64,000 nt of DNA, from positions 26,917 to 90,916 of the forward strand of contig DAIDIY010000048.1 in NCBI GenBank assembly GCA_027451625.1. The letters run 5' to 3'. Below the pieces are notes generated by a model that was not told where the DNA came from, ran no database searches, and saw only the letters and a list, made by a program, of their open reading frames with translations. This DNA comes from Candidatus Daviesbacteria bacterium. GTDB taxonomy: Bacteria > Patescibacteriota > Microgenomatia > Daviesbacterales > UBA10151. A program made the translations under genes and the position numbers. Shown one piece after another: positions 9,324 through 18,451 of this stretch; the stretch's first letter is position 1, and each line of letters starts with the position of its first letter.

Positions 9324-10331
9324 TCATATTTCACCATCAGGTAAATCATATTTTATCGTTAGCGCTGAAGCTACACTCTCTAAACTAGGACGATCACTAA
9401 CACACAGTATTTCAACCTCAGGACCAACACAATCTTCAACCATTCCTACTATTCTTCGAGAAGGATCAAAAATAACTAAGGTATTCACCCCTTGAGTTGA
9501 TAGTCCTTCCAAAACAGGCTTGTGATGCACTTGACTATCCAGTAAATCAGAAACTATTCTATAAATACCCTCTCTATTTTTTACTACCGGATTCAATCCT
9601 TGAGCCTCTCTAATAGGAGATAAAATTGTTCCTACGGGGTCATTTACAGAGTTGGGTAGAATTATTTGCGGTAATCTATCACGAAATCCGTCAGCTGCTT
9701 CCTTAACAAATCCTGTATGAATCGCCCAACCTATTCCACCAATTAAAATATGTTTACTTTTTTCAAAGTAATCTTTTAATGACAAAAGATTCCCTATAGG
9801 ACCACCCACGATACTTTGTTTAGGTGAATTCCAGTTAGCATATTCAACGTTTACTCCAGCATTTCTTGCTTTAACAATCCCATTTTCAACTACTTCTTTA
9901 GATAGTCCTATAATCGTCATAAGTCCAGTTCTAGGTTCTGCGGGAAGTTTAAGAAGCTCTTCTTGCCTTGCTTTCATTGCTAGTAAAGCTGATCTTAAAT
10001 CTATTGCTCCTGATGAGACTGCAGAACTTAGTTCTCCCATGCTTAAAGCTACATGGGTTTGTGGACGCCTTTCCAAAAGACGCGTTAAAGTTACCGCCAT
10101 ACCTACAGTCACAGCAACTAAGATAACCGGCTTAAACCAAGGTTTTTCTATTTCTTCACCCAATATACTCTTCGCTTGCTCAAGAGCTCTCCCAAATGAA
10201 GTATTCCTCGAAGAAAACAGAGATTCCATTCCGTCAACACCTGCGTTTTGACCCGGGAAATAATAAGCTACTTTTGATAGAGTTTTTTTAATATCCCCAA
10301 GATTTAATTGGTCTTCTTTTTCCAAAGACAT
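9324..10331 (-). CDS. FabD-like (malonyl-CoA:ACP transacylase fold) acyltransferase
   Basis: FPGQ, ALSMGE (GxSxG-like), ANWNSPKQ, AIHT; start moved to MSLEKED because the longer ORF overlaps tRNA-Cys. Confidence 0.75.
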   Translation of the reverse strand: MSLEKEDQLNLGDIKKTLSKVAYYFPGQNAGVDGMESLFSSRNTSFGRALEQAKSILGEEIEKPWFKPVILVAVTVGMAVTLTRLLERRPQTHVALSMGELSSAVSSGAIDLRSALLAMKARQEELLKLPAEPRTGLMTIIGLSKEVVENGIVKARNAGVNVEYANWNSPKQSIVGGPIGNLLSLKDYFEKSKHILIGGIGWAIHTGFVKEAADGFRDRLPQIILPNSVNDPVGTILSPIREAQGLNPVVKNREGIYRIVSDLLDSQVHHKPVLEGLSTQGVNTLVIFDPSRRIVGMVEDCVGPEVEILCVSDRPSLESVASALTIKYDLPDGEI

Positions 10332-10337
10332 ACTAAG

Positions 10338-10409
10338 AGGCCTGGACCGGACTTGAACCGGTGTGTGCGGTTTTGCAGACCGCTGGATGGCCACTCTCCC
10401 ACCAGGCCC
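10338..10409 (-). tRNA. tRNA-Cys(GCA)
   Basis: GGCCTGG acceptor, GCGGT-CTGCAAA-ACCGC anticodon arm, GGTTCAAGTCC, U73. Confidence 0.93.
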
Positions 10410-10543
10410 TACGCTGATTTTAGCATATTTGAAAACAAGATCCTAAGATAGAATAATACTCTTTTCGTGGTAATCTAAAAGTCCTTATGGACAAACAAAG
10501 GCTACAAAACAAATCAATAAGAATCTAATTTATGATTTCAATT

Positions 10544-11215
10544 TTACGAAGCAACAGTATTTAAATATTGTCCGCATAGTCCAGGAACTCGAGCAATAAT
10601 AAATACTATTTTTCCTAGATCTGGACTCCAGCCGAGGGTACATAGAGCTACTGCGATTGCTCCGTCAATGTTGAGAGGTAAAGTCATATTTAAAGATGAA
10701 TCAATTTTATCTTTAAACTCTGAGACAAGTTTCACGAATTCATCACTAAGTCCAAAATCATTTATTTTTTCTATAATTAACATCGCTCGAGGATCTTTAT
10801 TTTTATATATTCGATGACCAAATCCAGGAAATCTTTTCCCTTCTTTAATATATCCTTCTACTAATTCTGAAATCTTTAAGCTCCCCATTTTAATTTGATA
10901 TAGAAGTTCCATTAGTTTTTCTTGAGCTCCTCCATGAATATCATTAATTTCCTCTATACCTGCAGCAATAGATTCTGAAATCGTTTTTCCCTCCCTTGCT
11001 TTTTCTATGACTTTTTTTGTGCTTGGAGTATTTGGACCATGATCGATAGATAGATTTAATATCAATTCAAATAATTTTTTTTCTTGAGGAGAGGGTTTGC
11101 GTTCACTTAAAAGTTCAAAAACAAGTTCAGGAAAAGACCTCTGCGGAGCTATTTGAAGTAAATCTTCATCTCCAAATAAAATATCAAGATCTCGATGTAT
11201 AACTGTTTTTGCCAT
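10544..11215 (-). CDS. Citryl-CoA lyase (citrate synthase-like fold)
   Basis: DHG, HGGA, PGFGHRIYKNKDPRA, NIDGAIA; short length; co-oriented with CoA-ligase subunits. Confidence 0.85.
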   Translation of the reverse strand: MAKTVIHRDLDILFGDEDLLQIAPQRSFPELVFELLSERKPSPQEKKLFELILNLSIDHGPNTPSTKKVIEKAREGKTISESIAAGIEEINDIHGGAQEKLMELLYQIKMGSLKISELVEGYIKEGKRFPGFGHRIYKNKDPRAMLIIEKINDFGLSDEFVKLVSEFKDKIDSSLNMTLPLNIDGAIAVALCTLGWSPDLGKIVFIIARVPGLCGQYLNTVAS

Positions 11216-11244
11216 ACTTAAAAATTAGATTTATTCATTTTATT

Positions 11245-12138
11245 CTATTTTAAAACCTCCTCTACAAGTCCAACAATTTGATCAAATTCTCTGGCCACTC
11301 GAACTCCTGCTTGAGCTAGAACTTGACGTTTATATTCAGGATTTCCTCTATTACCTTCAATTATCGCTCCAGCATGACCAAACTGAACTTCTGAAGGTAG
11401 AGTCATAGTGAACTCTCCCCCTATAAATGCTATTATCGGTTTTTTGATTTTATCAAGTTTAACAAATTCTGCTACCCTCTCTTCATAAGTTCCCCCTAAC
11501 TCTCCAAACATGACAAAGCAATCTGTTTCTTTATCATCTTCTAAATCCAGCATTAGGTCAACGAAGTCGGAGCCTATAATTCTATCTCCCCCTATCCCTA
11601 TAGCCCAAGAGATCCCCTTACCTCTTTTTTTAAGCTGTAACGAGATTTCAGCAGCCATACTCCCAGATTTAGAAAGTACAGCTATACTTCCAGGTACAAA
11701 CATCTTTTGAGGATTTCCCCCTCCCATTAATCCCATCTTTAGTTTTCTAGAAGGAGAGATAAGCCCCGCGGTATTAGGTCCTATTATTTGAGCTCCTTTT
11801 AAACGTGCATAAGACACGATGTATGTAGTATCTTTAGTAGGAACCTTCTCTGCTTGAACTATGTGGAATTTGATGCCAGCATCGATCGCCTCAATAGTAG
11901 CGTTTTTAACAAAACTAGGGGGAACGAATTGAATTGATGCATCTACAAACCCAATTTTACTAATAGCCTCAGATACTGTATTAAAAACTGGAACACCATT
12001 GACTTCTAATCCCCCTTTACCTGGGGTCACTCCCGCAACAATATCAGTCCCATAATCCATCATCCATGGTAGAGCCCTTGCTCCTTCAGAGCCTGTCATT
12101 CCTTGACCTAAAATTCTTATTCCTGATTTTGGTAGCAT
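11245..12138 (-). CDS. Citryl-CoA synthetase small subunit / SucD-like
   Basis: QGMTG, AGVTPGKGG, IGPNT, SKSGS, GELGG, phospho-His motif FGHAGA. Confidence 0.85.
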   Translation of the reverse strand: MLPKSGIRILGQGMTGSEGARALPWMMDYGTDIVAGVTPGKGGLEVNGVPVFNTVSEAISKIGFVDASIQFVPPSFVKNATIEAIDAGIKFHIVQAEKVPTKDTTYIVSYARLKGAQIIGPNTAGLISPSRKLKMGLMGGGNPQKMFVPGSIAVLSKSGSMAAEISLQLKKRGKGISWAIGIGGDRIIGSDFVDLMLDLEDDKETDCFVMFGELGGTYEERVAEFVKLDKIKKPIIAFIGGEFTMTLPSEVQFGHAGAIIEGNRGNPEYKRQVLAQAGVRVAREFDQIVGLVEEVLK

Positions 12139-12210
12139 CTTTATATTCCTTAGTAAGTTAAAAAAAACTTATCTAATTTAGGTAATAAATTCTATTTGTC
12201 TTACCCTCAA

Positions 12211-13467
12211 TTACGAATCGATTATCTTTTTATATTTATTCACTAAATCTACCATAATTTTTGCCGACTGGGAAATTGTTGCTTCCTCTCCGTATACATA
12301 AAGTTGAAAATCTTTAACTTTTCTCAGCATATCAAAGGCTTCTTCTTCTCTTGGTCCTCCTCTTCGAATTAAGATTGGAAATTTAAACTTTTTATCCAAT
12401 TTTTTTTCTACCTCACGAAGTCCTTCTATTATTCCTAGTAAAGTTTCATAAATATCGGTAAAGTTAGCAGCTACAGTTCCAATAATCCATAATCCATGAA
12501 TATTTGGCTTAGATAAGACTATTTCTGTTAACTTTACAACCTTTTCTTTAGGAGGATTACCTGAATACTCAGTGAAATTAGCGGGTTTTCCTCCATATTC
12601 AATCAGAGCATCCATAGCTGTAAGTGATACTCCTCCTCCAGAGGATAAAATAGCTATATCTCCAGGGAGATCAAAATATGTTGAACCGGCAGTTCCGCGA
12701 TAATCGAGAAGATCAATTTGTTTGGCAGCAACCTCACTATTTGTGGGCTCATGTCCAGGAACTGAACGAGGAGGGAAATTCCACTCTTTATGCCTAAATC
12801 TAGCATCATCATCTATCTTAATCTTAGCATCCAAAGCTATCCATTCTCCGGTTTTGGTTATAACTAAAGGATTTATTTCTAAAAGTAAGCAATCGTTCTC
12901 AAAAAAAATATTTATTAATTTTTGAACAAGGATAAGAAAAGATTTTTTATTTTTATTAGTCAAAAAAAGATCTAAGTCATTTAGAAATTTAGATCTACTC
13001 TTATTCACAATTTCTGTATCCGTTAAACCTTTCTGATTTAGCTTATCCCAAACAACTTGCTGTTCTAAAATATTTATAGGATACATACTCTTCTCTCTCT
13101 CCTCTACCCCTGTTCCTCCTAATAAAGATAAAGTTAGTACAGGCAGTCGAACTAATGTATCGTAAGATATAGAGATATAATATTCTTTAGCAAAACCTAC
13201 AGCATCTTCAACGAGTACTTTATTTACCCTTTCACCATTGATCTTCTTTCCAAACAAATCTATTATTTCACCTGAAACATCTTCTTCTTTTAACACTTTA
13301 ATAATTCCTCCAGAGTTAGCCCTTTTACCTGATAAGACTTGAGCCTTCAAGACTATAGGAACTTTAAGTCTTACTGGTTGATTAAGATTCTCTATAACCT
13401 CAGATCTAGGAACTTTAATCCCATTGTTTCCAAGGATCTCCTTTCCCTCAAACTCATATAAAATCAT
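12211..13467 (-). CDS. Citryl-CoA synthetase large subunit (ATP-grasp plus ATP-citrate-lyase citrate-binding domain)
   Basis: LYEFEGKE, KAQVLSGKR, EINPL, LDAK; GGGVS, ANFTEYSGNP, ANFTD and RRGGP resemble the ACL citrate-binding domain. Confidence 0.82.
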   Translation of the reverse strand: MILYEFEGKEILGNNGIKVPRSEVIENLNQPVRLKVPIVLKAQVLSGKRANSGGIIKVLKEEDVSGEIIDLFGKKINGERVNKVLVEDAVGFAKEYYISISYDTLVRLPVLTLSLLGGTGVEEREKSMYPINILEQQVVWDKLNQKGLTDTEIVNKSRSKFLNDLDLFLTNKNKKSFLILVQKLINIFFENDCLLLEINPLVITKTGEWIALDAKIKIDDDARFRHKEWNFPPRSVPGHEPTNSEVAAKQIDLLDYRGTAGSTYFDLPGDIAILSSGGGVSLTAMDALIEYGGKPANFTEYSGNPPKEKVVKLTEIVLSKPNIHGLWIIGTVAANFTDIYETLLGIIEGLREVEKKLDKKFKFPILIRRGGPREEEAFDMLRKVKDFQLYVYGEEATISQSAKIMVDLVNKYKKIIDS

Positions 13468-13550
13468 ACGATCTATTCTACCCTAAAACTGGTTATTTGA
13501 CAGCATAAATGTTTACAGTGGAGGCTAATGTAAGGTAAAATTACCGGTAA

Positions 13551-13622
13551 GGCAGGGTAGCTTAGAGGAAGAGCAACACATTCATAACGTGTAGGCCATG
13601 GGTTCGAATCCCATCCCTGCTA
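13551..13622 (+). tRNA. tRNA-Met(CAT), elongator (Ile2 not excluded)
   Basis: GGCAGGG/CCCTGCT acceptor, TTCATAA loop, ATGGG-TTCGAAT-CCCAT T-arm. Confidence 0.85.
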
Positions 13623-13662
13623 CTTTTTTAGTGGTATATTAACTTCAAAAATAAAATCTATG

Positions 13663-13734
13663 TTGCGGGGCTGGGATTCGAACCCAGGACCTCGAGATTA
13701 TGAGCCTCGCGAGCTGCCACTGCTCTACCCCGCG
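13663..13734 (-). tRNA. tRNA-fMet(CAT), initiator
   Basis: CGCGGGG 5' end with C1:A72 mismatch, CTCATAA loop, canonical T-arm. Confidence 0.92.
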
Positions 13735-13852
13735 GTTTTTAGATATCTATAAATTAATCCAAAAGAAAAATCTTGAGTAAACTTTTCTAAATGTATTATA
13801 TAACAAGACTGACCTGAGTGCAAAATCGATTACAAATATTATATATTCTTAA

Positions 13853-14218
13853 TCAGAAAAAACCAAAAATATTTAACCATCCCTGCCAATATGGTAGTTT
13901 CACTTGAGGAACTTTTCTCTCTTGAGCCATTATCTTGTCTAATTCACTTTGAGAGATAATCACGACTGTCTCATTAGGTTTGGCTAAATCCATTCTATCT
14001 CGTGCTTGTTCCTCAATAAAATTTAAAGAGGAAACATTCTTAAATTCAGATTTAAGTTTTAAATTATTGTCTTCTAAAGTCTGCAGTTGTGCTTGTGCAT
14101 CATACAACCTTTTCCCGGCCTGGAGTGAATCATAAATCTGCTTACTTAGGCTATAAAGCAGCAAGAAGAAAAGGCCAACTATAGCCACGAATGTAATATT
14201 TTTTCTTAAGTTATTCAT
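13853..14218 (-). CDS. Septum formation initiator (FtsB/DivIC family)
   Basis: N-terminal TM, coiled coil, IEEQARDRMDLAKPNE. Confidence 0.85.
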   Translation of the reverse strand: MNNLRKNITFVAIVGLFFLLLYSLSKQIYDSLQAGKRLYDAQAQLQTLEDNNLKLKSEFKNVSSLNFIEEQARDRMDLAKPNETVVIISQSELDKIMAQERKVPQVKLPYWQGWLNIFGFF

Positions 14219-14240
14219 ATATCAAAAAAAAAATTGTACA

Positions 14241-14269
14241 TTGACTTTCACAACCTATATAAGTAATAT
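14241..14269 (+). promoter_or_regulatory. Sigma70-type promoter of the recombinase gene
   Basis: TTGACT-17 nt-TAATAT. Confidence 0.55.
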
Positions 14270-14292
14270 ATAAGATATAAATTTCTATTAAA

Positions 14293-15159
14293 ATGACACT
14301 TACCGAAGCCAGAACTAAATTTATTGATTTCTTAAAGACTAAAAAACGTTCCTCGAGTACTATTCTAGCTTACGGAAAGGATATAGAGCAACTTGTTTCC
14401 TATTTAGAAGAGAGAAAAGTTATTGATCCTACCAATGTGACTACCGATCAACTAAATCTTTTTATGCAGAAATTGGCTCAAGAAAACTATACAGCTAAAT
14501 CAATCTCTCGGAAAACTAACTCAACTAAAACTTTTTTTAAATATCTGAAGACAGAAAATATCATTCAAAATGATCCAGCTTCAGCCTTAGAACACCCCAA
14601 CTTTGAAAATAAGCCACCTCGGATATTAACAAAAATGGAATATCGAGCTTTGAGAGATGCTGCCAGAGGTGATATACGAATGTCAGCTGTAATAGAACTC
14701 CTATTACAAACAGGTGTAAGAATTGGAGAATTAGCTAAGATAGATCTAGAAGATTTAACTTTAAGTAGTGATAATCCCAGTTTATATATAAAACCTCAAG
14801 AAGGAGCTGTGGAGAGGCATATTCCTCTTAATAAACCTGCACTTGATGCTTTAACAAAATATTTAGATGTTAGATCCAAAACGCAAAGTAAATCTTTATT
14901 TGTGACCAAAACAGGCAGACCTCTACTAGTAAGAAATATTCGAACAGCCATAGATCGATATTTCAGACTCGCTGGTATAAAAGGTGCCAAAGTTAATGAT
15001 TTACGTCATACTTGGGTTGCTCATCAACTAGAATCTGGAATGTCACTGGTTATGGTTTCTAAACTTTCTGGGCACAAAAGAGTTTCTACTACTGAAAAGT
15101 ATCTTCAATATATCCCTTCTCGTACATCTGAAGATAAAATTAAATTAGAAGAACTTTAA
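14293..15159 (+). CDS. Tyrosine recombinase, XerC/XerD-like
   Basis: N-terminal SAM-like domain (TILAYGKDI), TGVRIGE, NDLRHT, GHKRVSTTEKY. Confidence 0.88.
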   Translation: MTLTEARTKFIDFLKTKKRSSSTILAYGKDIEQLVSYLEERKVIDPTNVTTDQLNLFMQKLAQENYTAKSISRKTNSTKTFFKYLKTENIIQNDPASALEHPNFENKPPRILTKMEYRALRDAARGDIRMSAVIELLLQTGVRIGELAKIDLEDLTLSSDNPSLYIKPQEGAVERHIPLNKPALDALTKYLDVRSKTQSKSLFVTKTGRPLLVRNIRTAIDRYFRLAGIKGAKVNDLRHTWVAHQLESGMSLVMVSKLSGHKRVSTTEKYLQYIPSRTSEDKIKLEEL

Positions 15160-15177
15160 ATTCATAAAAGTATAGAG

Positions 15178-15249
15178 TGCGCCTGCTTGGGATCGAACCA
15201 AGGACATCTACTTTATAAGAGTAGCGCTCTACCACTGAGCTACAGGCGC
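15178..15249 (-). tRNA. tRNA-Ile(TAT)
   Basis: GCGCCTG acceptor, CTACT-CTTATAA-AGTAG anticodon arm, GGTTCGATCCC, A73. Confidence 0.9.
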
Positions 15250-15385
15250 ATCAAAACCTTTCAATTGTATCAAGATATATTTATTAAAAACATAAACTTT
15301 TTAATAAATACTATTTTAAGAAATACTCAAGTATTAAAAGACTATACGAATAGTAATATGTGCCTGTTCTTATGTCAACAAATAG

Positions 15386-15589
15386 CTATTTAAGATAGTT
15401 TAATACAAAACTAAGGATGATTGCTAAAAGTAAACCTGAAACAAATGGAATATATAATTTTATACTGTATCTATCTACAAAAATATCCCCAGGAATTGGA
15501 GGATAATTTTTTAGCACTAAGTTAGCTAAAAAAGCTATAAACAACTCACTAACAACAAATAAATAAAACCCTCTTATTATAAGATGCAT
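15386..15589 (-). CDS. Small membrane protein, DUF2905-like
   Basis: IPGDI..IYIPFVSGLLLAIILS-type pattern with two TMs. Confidence 0.6.
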   Translation of the reverse strand: MHLIIRGFYLFVVSELFIAFLANLVLKNYPPIPGDIFVDRYSIKLYIPFVSGLLLAIILSFVLNYLK

Positions 15590-15609
15590 TATTTAAACTC
15601 TTATAGCCT

Positions 15610-17952
15610 CTAAAGATTTGCCCTATGAGTAATCTCTGTTTCAACTTCTCCTACATCACGACCATATGTTAGTCGAGATAATTCCTTAATAGCTTGGGCA
15701 ATATTGGGATTTTTCATTGCATTCCAAGCATTAACATCAATTCCAACATTCATTGAAAATGGAGGGACAGGTTCTCCATGAACTTGGGTTTTAACATACA
15801 CGTGCCGAGCTTCAATATTTACCAAATCTTGTTCAGAAAATACCGGTGAGAACTCATGTTGTAAAAAGTTTGCATCTGTTACTCCTACTCGATAAGTCAT
15901 TAAAGTTCCAACATTACCAAAAATAGCATTCTTAATTTCTTCAGGCATCTGTCCTATAAACTGGTTAGCAACAATTAAGTTTAAATGGTACTTTCTAGCT
16001 TCAGACAAGATAGTAGCAAAAGTGTCCGTAGCAAAATTTTGAAACTCATCTACATACAAATAAAAATCTCTTCTTTGAGATTCTGGGACATCAGCTCTCG
16101 ACATCGCAGCAGCCAAAATTTTAGGAACTAAAATAAGTCCTAAGAAATTAGAATTTTCTTCTCCCATTCTTCCTTTCGAGAGATTAACAATTAAAATTTT
16201 TCCATTATCCATAATCTCTCGAAGATTGAACGAGGACTTACTCTGACCAATGATATTCCTTAACATTCTATTTGTGACAAAACGCCCAAATTTAGAAACT
16301 GTATAATCTAACACCTCGGATTTATGAAAATCGGCTGTATGAGCAATCTGATCAGTCCAATACCGCCTTACTATCGGATCAGTTACATAGGGTAAGAGCT
16401 CTTTAACATACTCAGGATCTTGCATTATTCTCATAACTTCAACAAAAGTATTTCCAGGAACAGACATGACTGTTAACATCGCATTTCTTACTCCATGCTC
16501 AAAACGAGGTCCAATAATTCCTGTTTTATGAGGGTCATATAGCTTATACATAAGACCTAAAATTTCAGTTGTGATGAAGTGTTTCTCATCTTCTGTTCTA
16601 GCATCAAGCATATTCATTCCAAAAGGTCGAGAAACATCACCTGGGTCAAAATAAACTACGTCTTGAGCTCTATTAGGAGGAATAAGCGATAACATCTCCT
16701 CAGCAGCATCACCGTGCGGATCGATAAAAGCTATTCCCTTACCCGATATAATATCTTGAAGCATTAAAGTCTTAAGTAGAGTGGTTTTACCTGTTCCAGT
16801 ACGTCCAATAATATACATATGTCGTTGGCGATCCTCCTCAGAGATATAAACAGGTCTTTGAGTACCTCGGAAAATAGATTTCCCTAAATAAAGACCTGAG
16901 GTAGGAATTTTCTCTGAGGCTGGAGCTGATCTTGCTGGCAACCAAGCTATATGAGGAGTTGTTATAGATTTATTGGGGAAGTGATAAATCGTGGCTATTT
17001 CTTCAGGGGTAAGAATCGGAATCTTGTGTAAAAGAGGAGTGTAGCGGTTGATAAAATCAGTAATAAACCCTTTTTCAGATGGCACTTTAGCACCACTGAA
17101 GCTATTATAAGGACCAGCAAACTGCTCAAATGAAGCCTTAATATTGGCAAGATGCGCCTTTGCACTATCCTTATTAATTGAAGAGGTAACTATCCTTATA
17201 GTCACAAAAAAACCAGGTTTAGAAATTTTATTTTCAACAGCTTCAAGTTGTTTAGTATCTGGAGGTGGTTTAGGATTATCGGGCTTACCAGGATCTTTTT
17301 CTTTTTTTATCCATTTTTTAGCTAAATCCTTCCATTTATTATCTGCAGGACTCATGATAAGCTGAACCGTAGCACCTTCCCCTTCTCCCATCTTAGCCAA
17401 GGCTGAAGTCATTGAACTTAATGGGTCTGTGGGTAAATCCTTATAAGTCTTTATTGGAAAATAATCAGATGATTTAAGATTATATTGAGCATAAGCGGTC
17501 TGTCCACCTTCTGAAAAAATATTATATTCTGGAACTTCTTTAATCTCAGCATCAGGATATGCACCATGGATCTGTTTTTCCACTAAATCTTGTAATGATT
17601 TATTAACACATATATAGAACTTTATTGACTCATGTAAAGCCACTATCTCAAAAGAAATTTGGTTTTGCATTTTTAGGCTCATAAAACCAGTATTTTTCTT
17701 TATCGAATTTAAGGCTGCAAAGAGTTGTTCCATTGCATCAATCTTAATCTCATTATCTTTAGGTACATTAACCTGGAGCACTATAGATTGCAAAGAATAC
17801 TTATCTCTACCTCGACTTCTCAACCAAGCAAAAAAATAATGGAAAAAAGAAACAGCTAGAATTACAAAAAGTCCAACCAAAAAGAATCCTCCAATAACTA
17901 AAGCTATAATAAGTGTTAAATCAGAGCCTCCTGTGGCTGTTGAAACTTCCAT
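15610..17952 (-). CDS. VirD4/TraG-TraD-like coupling ATPase
   Basis: N-terminal TM, RHMYIIGRTGTGKT Walker A, IDPHGD, LYVDEFQNF Walker B, SEARKY, ANQFIGQ, GNVGT. Confidence 0.85.
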   Translation of the reverse strand: MEVSTATGGSDLTLIIALVIGGFFLVGLFVILAVSFFHYFFAWLRSRGRDKYSLQSIVLQVNVPKDNEIKIDAMEQLFAALNSIKKNTGFMSLKMQNQISFEIVALHESIKFYICVNKSLQDLVEKQIHGAYPDAEIKEVPEYNIFSEGGQTAYAQYNLKSSDYFPIKTYKDLPTDPLSSMTSALAKMGEGEGATVQLIMSPADNKWKDLAKKWIKKEKDPGKPDNPKPPPDTKQLEAVENKISKPGFFVTIRIVTSSINKDSAKAHLANIKASFEQFAGPYNSFSGAKVPSEKGFITDFINRYTPLLHKIPILTPEEIATIYHFPNKSITTPHIAWLPARSAPASEKIPTSGLYLGKSIFRGTQRPVYISEEDRQRHMYIIGRTGTGKTTLLKTLMLQDIISGKGIAFIDPHGDAAEEMLSLIPPNRAQDVVYFDPGDVSRPFGMNMLDARTEDEKHFITTEILGLMYKLYDPHKTGIIGPRFEHGVRNAMLTVMSVPGNTFVEVMRIMQDPEYVKELLPYVTDPIVRRYWTDQIAHTADFHKSEVLDYTVSKFGRFVTNRMLRNIIGQSKSSFNLREIMDNGKILIVNLSKGRMGEENSNFLGLILVPKILAAAMSRADVPESQRRDFYLYVDEFQNFATDTFATILSEARKYHLNLIVANQFIGQMPEEIKNAIFGNVGTLMTYRVGVTDANFLQHEFSPVFSEQDLVNIEARHVYVKTQVHGEPVPPFSMNVGIDVNAWNAMKNPNIAQAIKELSRLTYGRDVGEVETEITHRANL

Positions 17953-17983
17953 AATTAGTATTCTATTCTCCTTATCTACTACT

Positions 17984-18370
17984 TTACTTCTTATTTACTT
18001 CTACAATTTCCATCCCCGGATGTTTAGCTGATAAACGTTTCTTGTGCTCTATGAGAAAAACATTGGAAGGCTCAGTTCGAGGTCTGCCCATGTTACCAGC
18101 TATTATATCCTCTAGGTCAACATTATTCTGGTCTGATATTTTAAACCATTTTAAAATTTTTTCCCACAGACTAGCCTTTTTACTTTGTTCTCCAGAAGCA
18201 AGATTGTCTTCAGGAATCATTGGAGTTTGATTTTCTATAGGTACGATATTATCTAAACTAACAGCTTTACCAGTAATTTCGGTTAAGTTTTGAGATATAT
18301 TCTGATGCAGCGATTTTGTATGAGATTCAGCATCACTTCCAGGTTGGATTAAATCATATATATCTACCAT
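17984..18370 (-). CDS. Hypothetical protein
   Basis: 128-aa ORF with TATAAT just upstream; co-oriented with neighbours. Confidence 0.6.
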   Translation of the reverse strand: MVDIYDLIQPGSDAESHTKSLHQNISQNLTEITGKAVSLDNIVPIENQTPMIPEDNLASGEQSKKASLWEKILKWFKISDQNNVDLEDIIAGNMGRPRTEPSNVFLIEHKKRLSAKHPGMEIVEVNKK

Positions 18371-18451
18371 ATAAAGTTATTATACTCTACATGTCACGAC
18401 AAAGAGAGAATGTTATAGAACTAAATTAAATGGTAAAACTGAGGATTCTAG

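Noticed and set aside
11245-13467. Calling these genes sucCD (TCA cycle)
   Set aside because: ACL-type citrate-binding motifs and the linked citryl-CoA lyase favour citrate cleavage
14293-15249. Tyrosine recombinase next to a tRNA 3' end as a prophage or island integrase
   Set aside because: Xer-like size and N-terminal domain, housekeeping neighbours, no duplicated tRNA end or phage genes seen
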